Below, piece after piece: positions 53,715-63,367 of a DNA stretch of 64,000 bases. The DNA is from Escherichia phage HP3. The translations under genes were made by a program, and so were the position numbers. The stretch lies in sequence record NC_041919.1. One strand, given 5' to 3'. Under the pieces are notes generated by a model that was given only the letters and a program-made list of their open reading frames with translations, was not told where the DNA came from and did not search any database. The stretch's first letter is position 1. Every line of letters starts with the position of its first letter.

Positions 53715-54009
53715 GATTGAAATCTATGGCATCCCCGAAGAAGTAGGTCGTTGTCCTGGATGTCAATCAGTTACAAAACTTCTAAAGGAGCTCAATGCTC
53801 CTTTTACTTTCTATAAAGTTCTTACAAATAATGGTAAGATTGAGTATGATCGTCCACTGATTGTATCTCTTGCTAAACGTGCTGGATTCACATCTCTTAA
53901 CATTCGTTATCCAGTCATTTTCATTAATGATTCTAGACAAAAGAACATTAAACACTTCAAAGAAACTCTCATTTCACTTGGATATGATAGAGATATCATA
54001 GAAGATTAA
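53686..54009 (+). CDS. Thioredoxin-fold redoxin (NrdH/glutaredoxin-like) with probable GTG start
   Basis: CPGC motif in KIEIYGIPEEVGRCPGCQ; no in-frame ATG near the N-terminus; GTG at 53686 with SD aagga 10 nt upstream. Confidence 0.4.
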   Translation: MEQNSNLKNKIEIYGIPEEVGRCPGCQSVTKLLKELNAPFTFYKVLTNNGKIEYDRPLIVSLAKRAGFTSLNIRYPVIFINDSRQKNIKHFKETLISLGYDRDIIED

Positions 54010-54012
54010 GAC

Positions 54013-54035
54013 GGGCCCTCTGGGCCTTTCTTTCT
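54013..54035 (+). terminator. Intrinsic terminator
   Basis: gggccctctgggcc hairpin followed by tttctttct. Confidence 0.55.
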
Positions 54036-54108
54036 CACATTCTGTATATTACCATTCTAAGTTATCGTTCCCTTCTTATCATTCCCTAAAATATTTTTCA
54101 CAAAGTTG

Positions 54109-54137
54109 TTTACAACAAGTTCAAACCGTGGTATTAT
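54109..54137 (+). promoter_or_regulatory. Early promoter
   Basis: ttcacaaagttgtttaca, -35 tttaca, 17 nt spacer, -10 tattat. Confidence 0.5.
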
Positions 54138-54167
54138 TAACATATGAATTGCCTTTGAGGAATTGAT

Positions 54168-54345
54168 ATGGTTGATAAAGAGATTAAAAGAGATCAGTAT
54201 TATCGTGTTAATGGACATATCGTTATTGTTACAGCAGTAGATGATTTTGAGGTTCACTATACTTTACTTAAATGGAATAAACGCTTGATTTGCGATCGTG
54301 CTGCATTTAGTTCAGTTGCTAAGGAAATTAAACTCCATGGGTAAA
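54168..54345 (+). CDS. Hypothetical small protein
   Basis: 58 aa (MVDKEIKRDQYYRVNGHIV...) after SD gaggaa. Confidence 0.3.
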
Positions 54346-54630
54346 ACGTATCGTCGTAAAGACTTGAAAGTTCGTGATTATGACTATTTCGGAAAGCGTA
54401 AAGCTCCTGATGGTGTAAGTCATAAAGATATGGTTGAAAACATTTTTCGCTCAGATAAATGGCGTAGAATGAAAGGTATTGATTCAGAAGTTAAAGATGA
54501 GTTAAATCGTCAATTACGCGGTGAAGTAAGAAAGTTGAAAAAATCAGTTTACATTGACGATGATTTTGATTATAATACTTCTCAACGAGTTGCTAAACGT
54601 AAATCAAACGAGTGTTATCGTTATAGCTGA
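54337..54630 (+). CDS. Hypothetical basic protein
   Basis: 97 aa from ATG (MGKTYRRKDLKVRDYDYFGKRK...), Lys/Arg-rich. Confidence 0.4.
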   Translation: MGKTYRRKDLKVRDYDYFGKRKAPDGVSHKDMVENIFRSDKWRRMKGIDSEVKDELNRQLRGEVRKLKKSVYIDDDFDYNTSQRVAKRKSNECYRYS

Positions 54631-54637
54631 GGAAAAT

Positions 54638-54769
54638 ATGAATATCAAACGAATGCTTTTTAAGCAGGGGTTATATACTTTAAATGTTACTCCAAAAGGC
54701 GATACAACTAAGTGGTCAGTAAATGACTGGATTAAATTTATTGATGAAAATGGCAATTGGGAAATTTAA
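54638..54769 (+). CDS. Hypothetical small protein
   Basis: 43 aa from ATG after SD gaggaaaat; the longer track ORF start is in the overlap. Confidence 0.3.
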   Translation: MNIKRMLFKQGLYTLNVTPKGDTTKWSVNDWIKFIDENGNWEI

Positions 54770-54970
54770 ATGAATCCTGAATCTAAATTATCGCAGCGAA
54801 TTGCTGAAGAACGCGCCAAATTTTTCCAGAACATGAAACACAATGGTATTGAGGATGAAGTTTTTCTAAATTGGTTCTGGAATAATAAGTACACAGCATG
54901 TGAAGGAGCTTTGTCATTGTCAGTCGCAATGATGTACGAAGGCTGGAAGGGTGCCAAAAAGTTTAGCTAA
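54770..54970 (+). CDS. Hypothetical small protein
   Basis: 66 aa. Confidence 0.4.
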   Translation: MNPESKLSQRIAEERAKFFQNMKHNGIEDEVFLNWFWNNKYTACEGALSLSVAMMYEGWKGAKKFS

Positions 54971-54988
54971 GGGCTTCGGCCCTTTTTT
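54969..54988 (+). terminator. Intrinsic terminator
   Basis: aagggcttcggccctt hairpin followed by tttttt. Confidence 0.65.
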
Positions 54989-55023
54989 GGATAATAAAAT
55001 TTTAACGTAATTGAGGATAATGT

Positions 55024-55350
55024 ATGACTATTCAAATTAAAAACGCCATCAATTCTTACGCATATGATAAAGTAGTTTCTTTGCTAGAAAAAGGCGATAT
55101 TGTAACTCCTCAAATTTTGGATAAATGGGAAAAAGAGCTTCATCAGACGATGAAACAGAATGATCAGAAGATTGGACGCAATACTGTCCGTGAATTGTTG
55201 GTTCAATATATCTTGTCAGAATTTGATGTTAAAGCTTTTGGTGTAGAATCTAAAGCTTATCAAAAGCATGAAATTTCCGATAAAACTATTCGTCGCATGA
55301 AAAATCAACGCAAGAAAAAATTTGCTGACCTGAAAATTACTAAGGCATAA
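55024..55350 (+). CDS. Hypothetical protein
   Basis: 108 aa after SD gaggataat. Confidence 0.45.
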   Translation: MTIQIKNAINSYAYDKVVSLLEKGDIVTPQILDKWEKELHQTMKQNDQKIGRNTVRELLVQYILSEFDVKAFGVESKAYQKHEISDKTIRRMKNQRKKKFADLKITKA

Positions 55351-55352
55351 TT

Positions 55353-55568
55353 ATGAATGAAGCTCTTATTAACGATTTACGTCTTGCTGGGTATGAAGTA
55401 AATACAAACGGCAGTGGTTTAACTCAAATTGAAGGAAATGGATTCATTCTTGAGTATGAATTTAGCCAATGGTGGTTATATGCCAATTACGGCGAATTGA
55501 TTGAATATGTTGACCAATTTGATTCACTAGATGCAGCTCTTGAAGCGGCTAAGTTGATGAATGTATGA
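55353..55568 (+). CDS. Hypothetical small acidic protein
   Basis: 71 aa. Confidence 0.4.
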   Translation: MNEALINDLRLAGYEVNTNGSGLTQIEGNGFILEYEFSQWWLYANYGELIEYVDQFDSLDAALEAAKLMNV

Positions 55569-55834
55569 AATTTATTAATATTTCTATTACTATTGAAAAT
55601 TATGGCATTTTCTATGTTGACCAATACATGAAAATTTCATTTTTCCCAAATAAGACTGGTGTTGGATATTGGGAAAGCCATGTTTCTGAATTAAATGAAA
55701 GTGAATATGTTAGTACACATGAAAAGTTTTTAGACTTTTTATATCATGCTGATCTAACTAGTCATTATATAGATATTCATGAATTTAAAAAGATGATGGA
55801 GAAAGTATTCCAAGCATACTGCTTACTTAGATAA
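55565..55834 (+). CDS. Hypothetical protein
   Basis: 89 aa; ATGA overlap. Confidence 0.4.
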   Translation: MKFINISITIENYGIFYVDQYMKISFFPNKTGVGYWESHVSELNESEYVSTHEKFLDFLYHADLTSHYIDIHEFKKMMEKVFQAYCLLR

Positions 55835-55845
55835 CTGATATCCTC

Positions 55846-55875
55846 TATGCTTTAAGATAGATCTTCAAATATTAT
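55846..55875 (+). promoter_or_regulatory. Candidate MotA-dependent middle promoter for gene 55
   Basis: MotA-box-like tatgcttta followed about 15 nt later by tattat; spacing slightly off consensus. Confidence 0.3.
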
Positions 55876-55912
55876 GATATAATAGATCTATGAATTGAGC
55901 TAAGAGGTGAAA

Positions 55913-56470
55913 ATGTCAGAAACTAAGCCTAAATATAATTACGTAAACAATAAAGAGCTTTTACAAGCTATTATTGATTGGAAAACAGAATTAGCAAATA
56001 ATAAAGACCCAAATAAAGTAGTTCGTCAGAATGATACTATCGGATTAGCCATTATGCTTATTGCAGAAGGCTTATCTAAACGTTTCAACTTTTCAGGATA
56101 CACCCAGTCTTGGAAACAAGAAATGATTGCAGATGGTATAGAAGCTTCTATTAAGGGGCTTCACAATTTTGATGAAACGAAATATAAAAACCCGCATGCA
56201 TATATAACTCAAGCTTGTTTTAATGCATTCGTCCAACGTATTAAAAAAGAACGTAAGGAAGTTGCAAAGAAATACAGTTACTTCGTTCACAATGTCTATG
56301 ACAGTCGTGACGACGATATGGTTGCGTTAGTAGATGAAACTTTTATTCAAGACATCTACGATAAAATGACGCATTACGAAGAATCAACCTATAGAACACC
56401 GGGGGCTGAAAAGAAAAGTGTTGTAGACGATTCTCCTAGTTTGGATTTTTTATATGAGGCTAACGATTAA
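55913..56470 (+). CDS. 55: Late transcription sigma factor gp55
   Basis: 185 aa from [24 protein letters not shown], matching recalled T4 gp55 start and length. Confidence 0.85.
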
Positions 56471-56672
56471 CCTCTCCGGATTCTTGGAAGAAATACCTGA
56501 AGTTGAAGCTATTCCCTATTTACTTAAAATGTATCTCAGGGAAGTTTTAGCTCTTGACATTGATATTGATCCAGAAAATCCGTATGATACCGCTTTTAAA
56601 TCTAATGGTGTAGAATTAAACTATCGGTATCATTTAACAGATGATGATTTTTATTTTATATTAGAGAAATAA
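56454..56672 (+). CDS. Hypothetical small protein
   Basis: 72 aa ORF overlapping the gp55 end; start uncertain. Confidence 0.35.
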
Positions 56673-56673
56673 T

Positions 56674-56991
56674 ATGACTGATAAACCCGAAATTAATGAT
56701 GAAGTGAAAAAGCTTATTTCTTCTATTGAAGAAAAGAACCGTCTTGAAGCAGAAAGAAAAGCAAATAAGTTATTGTCTAAAAATAAACGCGAACTGAATC
56801 GTCTTTATAAGCACGCTCAGATCGCAGCTGAAAATAATAATTTTGCTCAATACGAATATGCTATCAAGAAAAGTCGGGATATTCTAAAACAGCCATATAA
56901 CGATGAACTCATCAGTATTCTTTGGAAGACTACTAGATCGCAGATTGAGGATATGATTGATGCTTACACACGTAAAATTCAAGCGTCTTAA
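56674..56991 (+). CDS. Hypothetical protein
   Basis: 105 aa. Confidence 0.45.
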   Translation: MTDKPEINDEVKKLISSIEEKNRLEAERKANKLLSKNKRELNRLYKHAQIAAENNNFAQYEYAIKKSRDILKQPYNDELISILWKTTRSQIEDMIDAYTRKIQAS

Positions 56992-57163
56992 AATTAATGC
57001 AGGATTTACTGAATCTTTGAATGGTCATCTTTGTGTGAAAATTTCTGAAAAAGAATACCATGATAGTTCAATTAAAGAAGTTAATCCTCCTATTGTAAGA
57101 GCAGACCCTAATATGAAAGTGTGGGTTGATTCTTATCAAGTCAAAAAATGGTGGCAGTTATGA
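56957..57163 (+). CDS. Hypothetical small protein
   Basis: 68 aa; overlaps the upstream ORF end. Confidence 0.3.
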   Translation: MMLTHVKFKRLKINAGFTESLNGHLCVKISEKEYHDSSIKEVNPPIVRADPNMKVWVDSYQVKKWWQL

Positions 57164-57336
57164 AAGATGAACACCCAGACTTCTGAAATAGATTATAATA
57201 AAATTCGTTCCTCTAAAGTAGAAATGATGAGACGCTTTAAAGAGTCTTACGATAAAGCTAAAGCAGAAGGAACTATAACATATAGGCGCAGAAAATTTAG
57301 AAGCTCTAATGAGCCTTTGTATGGCGTATTATGTGG

Positions 57337-57356
57337 ATAGGAGCTTCGGCTCCTAT
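57337..57356 (+). terminator. Hairpin upstream of a-gt
   Basis: ataggagcttcggctcctat hairpin; weak T-run. Confidence 0.35.
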
Positions 57357-57406
57357 ATTGCTTTATAAATTTTTGGTAAAATAAACCAAAACAAAGAGGA
57401 TATTAA

Positions 57407-58609
57407 ATGAAAGTATGTATTTTTATGGCTCGAGGTCTTGAAGGTTGTGGTGTAACAAAATTCTCACTCGAGCAACGTGATTGGTTTATTAAGAATGGTC
57501 ATGAAGTAACTTTGGTTTATGCTAAAGATAAATCATTTACTCGTACAAGTTCTCATGACCACAAATCATTTTCAATTCCAGTTATTTTAGCTAAAGAATA
57601 CGATAAAGCACTTAAGCTGGTAAATGATTGTGATATTCTAATTATTAATTCTGTTCCTGCTACTTCCGTTCAAGAAGCCACGATTAATAACTATAAAAAA
57701 CTTTTAGATAATATTAAACCTTCTATTCGTGTTGTAGTTTATCAGCATGATCATTCTGTTCTTTCTTTGCGTCGAAATTTGGGATTAGAAGAAACTGTTC
57801 GTCGAGCTGATGTTATTTTTAGTCATTCTGATAATGGCGATTTTAATAAAGTTCTGATGAAAGAATGGTATCCAGAAACTGTTTCTCTGTTTGATGATAT
57901 TGAAGAAGCACCAACAGTATATAATTTTCAGCCTCCTATGGATATTGCGAAAGTTCGATCAACCTACTGGAAAGATGTTTCTGAAATTAACATGAATATC
58001 AATCGTTGGATTGGTCGTACGACTACATGGAAAGGTTTTTACCAGATGTTTGATTTTCACGAAAAATTCTTAAAACCTGCTGGTAAATCCACTGTAATGG
58101 AAGGTCTTGAACGTTCCCCTGCTTTTATTGCAATTAAGGAAAAAGGTATTCCGTATGAATATTACGGTAATCGTGAGATCGATAAAATGAATCTCACGCC
58201 GAATCAACCGGCACAAATCCTAGATTGTTATATTAATAGTGAAATGCTTGAACGAATGAGTAAATCTGGCTTTGGATATCAGTTGAGTAAACTTAACCAG
58301 AAATACTTACAACGCTCACTAGAATATACTCATCTTGAATTAGGTGCTTGCGGTACAATTCCTGTTTTCTGGAAATCTACTGGCGAAAATTTAAAATTCC
58401 GTGTTGATAATACTCCTTTGACCTCGCATGATAGCGGTATCATTTGGTTTGATGAAAATGACATGGAATCAACATTCGAGCGTATTAAAGAACTGTCATC
58501 TGACCGAGCTCTTTATGACCGTGAGCGAGAAAAAGCATATGAATTTTTGTATCAGCATCAAGATTCAAGCTTCTGCTTTAAAGAACAGTTTGACATTATT
58601 ACAAAATAA
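57407..58609 (+). CDS. a-gt: DNA alpha-glucosyltransferase
   Basis: 400 aa, same as T4 AGT; position between 55 and 47. Confidence 0.85.
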   Translation: MKVCIFMARGLEGCGVTKFSLEQRDWFIKNGHEVTLVYAKDKSFTRTSSHDHKSFSIPVILAKEYDKALKLVNDCDILIINSVPATSVQEATINNYKKLLDNIKPSIRVVVYQHDHSVLSLRRNLGLEETVRRADVIFSHSDNGDFNKVLMKEWYPETVSLFDDIEEAPTVYNFQPPMDIAKVRSTYWKDVSEINMNINRWIGRTTTWKGFYQMFDFHEKFLKPAGKSTVMEGLERSPAFIAIKEKGIPYEYYGNREIDKMNLTPNQPAQILDCYINSEMLERMSKSGFGYQLSKLNQKYLQRSLEYTHLELGACGTIPVFWKSTGENLKFRVDNTPLTSHDSGIIWFDENDMESTFERIKELSSDRALYDREREKAYEFLYQHQDSSFCFKEQFDIITK

Positions 58610-58626
58610 AGGGCTTCGGCCCTTTA
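58608..58626 (+). terminator. Hairpin after a-gt
   Basis: aaagggcttcggcccttt; short T-run. Confidence 0.45.
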
Positions 58627-58648
58627 GCTTTATACGGAGTTTGATATA

Positions 58649-58789
58649 ATGATATTTCTTGGATATGTGATACTTTTTCTCGCGTTTTATCTATTCACTA
58701 GAGCATGTTGGATTGGGTTCTTTAGCACTCCAGATGGATTTATTTCAATAATTTTATTTTGCATTTCAATGACGGTTCTTGATATATGA
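58649..58789 (+). CDS. Small hydrophobic peptide (47.1 position)
   Basis: 46 aa (MIFLGYVILFLAFYLF...), overlaps the gp47 start. Confidence 0.3.
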   Translation: MIFLGYVILFLAFYLFTRACWIGFFSTPDGFISIILFCISMTVLDI

Positions 58790-59805
58790 AAATTTTAAAT
58801 TTAGGTGATTGGCATTTAGGTGTTAAAGCTGATGATGAATGGATTCGCGGTATTCAAATTGATGGAATTAAGCAAGCGATAGAATATTCTAAGAAAAATG
58901 GAATTACTGTATGGATTCAATACGGTGATATTTTTGATGTACGAAAAGCGATCACGCATAAAACTATGGAGTTTGCCCGTGAAATAGTTCAAATGCTTGA
59001 TGACGCTGGAATCACATTACATACTATTGTAGGAAATCACGATCTCCACTACAAAAATGTAATGCATCCAAATGCCTCTACTGAGCTTTTGGCTAAATAT
59101 CCTAATGTTAAAGTATATGATAAGCCTACTACAGTAGATTTTGACGGATGTTTAATTGATTTAATTCCTTGGATGTGTGAAGAAAATACTGGTGAAATTC
59201 TTGAGCACATCAAAACTTCATCTGCTTCTTTTTGTGTTGGTCACTGGGAACTGAATGGATTTTATTTTTATAAAGGAATGAAATCTCATGGTCTTGAACC
59301 TGATTTCCTTAAGACTTATAAAGAAGTGTGGTCTGGTCACTTCCATACTATCTCTGAGGCTGCTAACGTCAGATATATTGGGACACCATGGACACTAACT
59401 GCAGGTGACGAGAATGACCCTCGCGGGTTCTGGATGTTTGATACAGAAACAGAACGAATGGAATTTATTCCAAACAATACTACCTGGCATCGTAGAATTC
59501 ATTATCCATTTAAAGGAAAAATTGACTATAAAGATTTTACAAATCTATCAGTACGTGTTATAGTAACTGAAGTAGACAAAAATCTAACGAAGTTCGAATC
59601 TGAACTAGAAAAAGTTGTGCATTCATTACGAGTTGTGTCAAAGATTGATAACTCTGTCGAGTCAGATGACAGTGAAGAAGTTGAAGTCCAATCGCTTCAG
59701 ACATTAATGGAAGAGTATATTAATGCAATTCCAGACATCACTGATTCTGACCGTGAAGCACTTATTCAATATGCAAATCAGCTATATGTAGAGGCAACAC
59801 AATGA
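58786..59805 (+). CDS. 47: Recombination endonuclease subunit gp47 (Mre11-like)
   Basis: 339 aa; phosphoesterase motifs GDWHLG, GDIFD, GNHD; same length as T4 gp47. Confidence 0.9.
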   Translation: MKILNLGDWHLGVKADDEWIRGIQIDGIKQAIEYSKKNGITVWIQYGDIFDVRKAITHKTMEFAREIVQMLDDAGITLHTIVGNHDLHYKNVMHPNASTELLAKYPNVKVYDKPTTVDFDGCLIDLIPWMCEENTGEILEHIKTSSASFCVGHWELNGFYFYKGMKSHGLEPDFLKTYKEVWSGHFHTISEAANVRYIGTPWTLTAGDENDPRGFWMFDTETERMEFIPNNTTWHRRIHYPFKGKIDYKDFTNLSVRVIVTEVDKNLTKFESELEKVVHSLRVVSKIDNSVESDDSEEVEVQSLQTLMEEYINAIPDITDSDREALIQYANQLYVEATQ

Positions 59806-60065
59806 CTTTTGATGAATTTAAAAATGTTATGATGAGTCAGCATTTTGAATGCGAAGTAAAAGATGATATTGGGCATAAAGAAATTATTGAATATTGGTTT
59901 GAACCGTTAGAGGTTGAAGATAATTGTATTAAAAAGGTTACAGTCTGCACTGACTGGGCTGTATCTTTTAACTTCAACATTTTAGATAATGACACACCTA
60001 AATCATTACGAGATATGGCCGTATCTTGTATTAAGGATGCATACTGTGAAGTTTTCGACATTTGA
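59802..60065 (+). CDS. Hypothetical protein between 47 and 46
   Basis: 87 aa; ATGA overlap with gp47. Confidence 0.45.
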   Translation: MTFDEFKNVMMSQHFECEVKDDIGHKEIIEYWFEPLEVEDNCIKKVTVCTDWAVSFNFNILDNDTPKSLRDMAVSCIKDAYCEVFDI

Positions 60066-60252
60066 CATTAATGATGAATTCATAGCAAACATTGATTATA
60101 CCGAAGAAGATTCTAGATATGTTGGAATAATTTATATTACATCGAAAACAGCACAAGGCGTTGTTTGCATGGCTGAATTTGATGAATACTTTTTAGATTA
60201 TGATGATATGATAGAATGGTCTAAAAGATACATTAAAAGGAATCTTTTGTGA
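60046..60252 (+). CDS. Hypothetical small protein with probable GTG start
   Basis: 68 aa from GTG after SD aagga; the in-frame ATG at 59989 would overlap the upstream gene by 77 nt. Confidence 0.3.
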   Translation: MKFSTFDINDEFIANIDYTEEDSRYVGIIYITSKTAQGVVCMAEFDEYFLDYDDMIEWSKRYIKRNLL

Positions 60253-61931
60253 AGAATTTTAAACTAAACCGAGTTAGGTATCAAAATATAATGTCAGTAG
60301 GTGGAAATCCTATTGACATTCAACTAGATAAGGTTCAAAAAACTCTTATTACTGGACGAAATGGCGGTGGTAAGTCTACTATGTTAGAAGCCATCACATT
60401 TGGGCTTTTTGGCAAGCCATTTCGTGATGTAAAGAAAGGTCAATTAATAAACAGCACAAATAAGAAAGAACTTTTAGTTGAACTGTGGATGGAATATGAT
60501 GAGAAAAAGTACTATATCAAAAGAGGACAAAAACCAAACGTTTTCGAAATCACCGTTAACGGTACACGTCTTAATGAATCTGCCAGCAGTAAAGATTTCC
60601 AAGCAGAATTTGAACAGCTTATCGGAATGTCATATGCCAGTTTCAAGCAGATTGTTGTCCTTGGTACAGCAGGGTATACCCCTTTCATGGGTTTGTCGAC
60701 CCCTGCGCGAAGAAAGCTTGTGGAAGACCTGCTTGAGGTAGGAACATTAGCTGAAATGGATAAGCTTAATAAAGCACTAATACGTGAATTAAATTCACAA
60801 AACCAAGTGCTTGATGTTAAAAAAGATAGTATTATCCAACAAATTAAAATATATAATGATAACGTTGAACGCCAGAAAAAATTAACGGGTGACAACCTTA
60901 CTCGTCTACAAAATATGTATGATGATTTGGCAAAAGAAGCTAGAACGCTAAAATCGGAAATAGAAGAAGCTAATGAAAGATTAGTTAATATTGTTTTAGA
61001 TGAAGACCCGACTGATGCATTTAATAAAATCGGTCAAGAAGCAGTTTTAATTAAATCAAAAATTGACTCGTATAATAAAGTCATTAATATGTATCACGAA
61101 GGTGGATTATGTCCAACCTGTTTGTCACAATTAAGTTCCGGTGATAAAGTTGTTTCTAAAATTAAAGATAAAGTTTCTGAATGTACGCATTCGTTTGAAC
61201 AGCTTTCAACGCACCGTGATAATTTAAAAGTTCTTGTTGATGAATACCGAGATAATATTAAAACCCAGCAGTCGTTGGCAAATGATATTCGCAATAAAAA
61301 GCAATCTCTAATCACGACAGTAGATAAAGCTAAAAAAGTTAAAGCAGCTATAGAAAAAGCATCATCCGAGTTTATTGACCATGCTGATGAAATAGCACTG
61401 CTTCAAGAAGAACTTGATAAAATTGTTAAGACAAAAACTAATTTAGTAATGGAAAAATACCACCGAGGAATTTTGACTGATATGCTCAAAGATTCTGGTA
61501 TTAAAGGTGCTATTATTAAAAAGTACATTCCATTATTTAATAAGCAGATTAACCATTATCTTAAAATAATGGAAGCGGATTATGTGTTTACATTAGATGA
61601 AGAATTTAATGAGACAATTAAATCCCGTGGTCGTGAAGATTTTAGTTATGCTTCATTTAGTGAAGGTGAAAAGGCACGAATTGATATTGCTCTTTTATTT
61701 ACTTGGCGTGATATTGCTTCTATCGTATCTGGTGTTAGTATTAGTACATTAATTCTTGATGAAGTGTTTGATGGGTCATTTGATGCCGAAGGTATTAAAG
61801 GTGTAGCTAATATTATAAATTCAATGAAAAACACTAATGTTTTTATAATTTCGCATAAAGACCATGACCCGCAAGAATATGGTCAGCATCTTCAAATGAA
61901 GAAAGTTGGTCGATTTACTGTAATGGTTTAA
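60249..61931 (+). CDS. 46: Recombination endonuclease subunit gp46 (Rad50/SbcC-like ATPase)
   Basis: 560 aa; Walker A GRNGGGKST; central coiled coil with CPTC zinc hook; C-terminal LILDEVFDGSFD; starts with GTG. Confidence 0.9.
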   Translation: MKNFKLNRVRYQNIMSVGGNPIDIQLDKVQKTLITGRNGGGKSTMLEAITFGLFGKPFRDVKKGQLINSTNKKELLVELWMEYDEKKYYIKRGQKPNVFEITVNGTRLNESASSKDFQAEFEQLIGMSYASFKQIVVLGTAGYTPFMGLSTPARRKLVEDLLEVGTLAEMDKLNKALIRELNSQNQVLDVKKDSIIQQIKIYNDNVERQKKLTGDNLTRLQNMYDDLAKEARTLKSEIEEANERLVNIVLDEDPTDAFNKIGQEAVLIKSKIDSYNKVINMYHEGGLCPTCLSQLSSGDKVVSKIKDKVSECTHSFEQLSTHRDNLKVLVDEYRDNIKTQQSLANDIRNKKQSLITTVDKAKKVKAAIEKASSEFIDHADEIALLQEELDKIVKTKTNLVMEKYHRGILTDMLKDSGIKGAIIKKYIPLFNKQINHYLKIMEADYVFTLDEEFNETIKSRGREDFSYASFSEGEKARIDIALLFTWRDIASIVSGVSISTLILDEVFDGSFDAEGIKGVANIINSMKNTNVFIISHKDHDPQEYGQHLQMKKVGRFTVMV

Positions 61932-61986
61932 TTTATAAGAGATTATGCTTTAATTTATTAGAGTATAATCTCTATGGAGGAAAAAC

Positions 61987-62175
61987 ATGGAATATTCAAC
62001 TGGACAGCATTTATTAACTTTTCCTGAAATAAAACGATATATTCTGAGAAATAATTTTTCTAATGAAGAGCATATAGTTACTGAATCTATGCTTAGGAAT
62101 GCATTTAAAGCAGAATATACAAAAATAATGTCCAATAGAAATGAAGCTTGGACTGTTACTGATTATTATGACTAA
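61987..62175 (+). CDS. Hypothetical small protein (45.2 position)
   Basis: 62 aa after SD ggagg. Confidence 0.45.
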   Translation: MEYSTGQHLLTFPEIKRYILRNNFSNEEHIVTESMLRNAFKAEYTKIMSNRNEAWTVTDYYD

Positions 62176-62184
62176 AGGTGTATT

Positions 62185-62574
62185 ATGACTAAAATTACTG
62201 TGAATTATACTGTTGATGTAAAAGATATTCAGCCAAAACACGTGCGTTCTGAATCAAATCCACAAAACCAAAATAAAATTCGTCGAGCATGGGTTTTGTC
62301 TCTTTCTGATAACGCAATGGAAGTTATTCAGAACAAAATTAAATCTGCACCTGCTCGTCATGCGTATTATGAAGCTATCGATCGTGAAGTAAGTAATAAA
62401 TGGATTGAACTAATGCGCAAACATACTACAGAATCCCTAAACGCCGGTGCTAAATTTATTATGACTTCATGTGGTGAACGCCTTGAAGATGATTATTGTG
62501 GTAATGCAGATGAACGTCTGATTGTTGCTGCACAAATTGTTGCCGAAACAATCGCAACTGATTTTAATCGTTAA
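62185..62574 (+). CDS. rpbA: RNA polymerase binding protein RpbA
   Basis: 129 aa, same length and position as T4 RpbA, immediately upstream of gene 45. Confidence 0.65.
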   Translation: MTKITVNYTVDVKDIQPKHVRSESNPQNQNKIRRAWVLSLSDNAMEVIQNKIKSAPARHAYYEAIDREVSNKWIELMRKHTTESLNAGAKFIMTSCGERLEDDYCGNADERLIVAAQIVAETIATDFNR

Positions 62575-62629
62575 TTGCTTTATTAAATTAGTTATAAAAT
62601 TAAATCTCATTTGAATTGAAGGAAATTAC

Positions 62630-63316
62630 ATGAAACTGTCTAAAGATACACTGAATATTTTGAAAAATTTCGCTACTATTAACTCTGGCATTATGCTTAA
62701 ATCCGGTCAATTTATTATGACTCGCGCAGTTAATGGTACAACTTACGCGGAAGCAAATATTTCTGACGTTATTGATTTTGATGTAGCAATTTACGATTTG
62801 AACGGTTTTCTCGGTATTCTGTCGCTAGTTAATGATGATGCAGAAATTTCCCAGTCAGAAGATGGAAATATTAAAATTGCTGATGCTCGTTCAACAATTT
62901 TTTGGCCAGCAGCCGATCCGAGTACAGTAGTTGCTCCTAATAAACCAATTCCATTTCCGGTAGCATCTGTTGTTACTGAAATTAAAGCTGAAGACCTTCA
63001 ACAACTGTTGCGTGTATCTCGTGGTCTGCAAATTGATACAATTGCTATCACGGTAAAAGAAGGTAAAATCGTAATTAACGGTTTTAATAAAGTAGAAGAT
63101 TCTGCTCTGACCCGTGTTAAATATTCTTTGACTCTTGGTGATTATGATGGTGAAAATACATTTAATTTCATTATCAATATGGCAAATATGAAAATGCAAC
63201 CAGGAAATTATAAACTTCTGCTCTGGGCAAAAGGTAAACAAGGTGCTGCTAAATTTGAAGGTGAACACGCGAATTATGTGGTAGCTCTTGAAGCTGATTC
63301 TACCCACGATTTTTAA
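62630..63316 (+). CDS. 45: DNA polymerase sliding clamp gp45
   Basis: 228 aa, same as T4 gp45; MKLSKDTLNILKNFATINSGIMLKSGQ. Confidence 0.9.
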   Translation: MKLSKDTLNILKNFATINSGIMLKSGQFIMTRAVNGTTYAEANISDVIDFDVAIYDLNGFLGILSLVNDDAEISQSEDGNIKIADARSTIFWPAADPSTVVAPNKPIPFPVASVVTEIKAEDLQQLLRVSRGLQIDTIAITVKEGKIVINGFNKVEDSALTRVKYSLTLGDYDGENTFNFIINMANMKMQPGNYKLLLWAKGKQGAAKFEGEHANYVVALEADSTHDF

Positions 63317-63317
63317 T

Positions 63318-63337
63318 AAAGGGCTTCGGCCCTTTAT
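63318..63337 (+). terminator. Hairpin between 45 and 44
   Basis: aaagggcttcggcccttt; short T-run. Confidence 0.45.
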
Positions 63338-63367
63338 AATTTACACTAAAACTTGAATGAGGAAATT

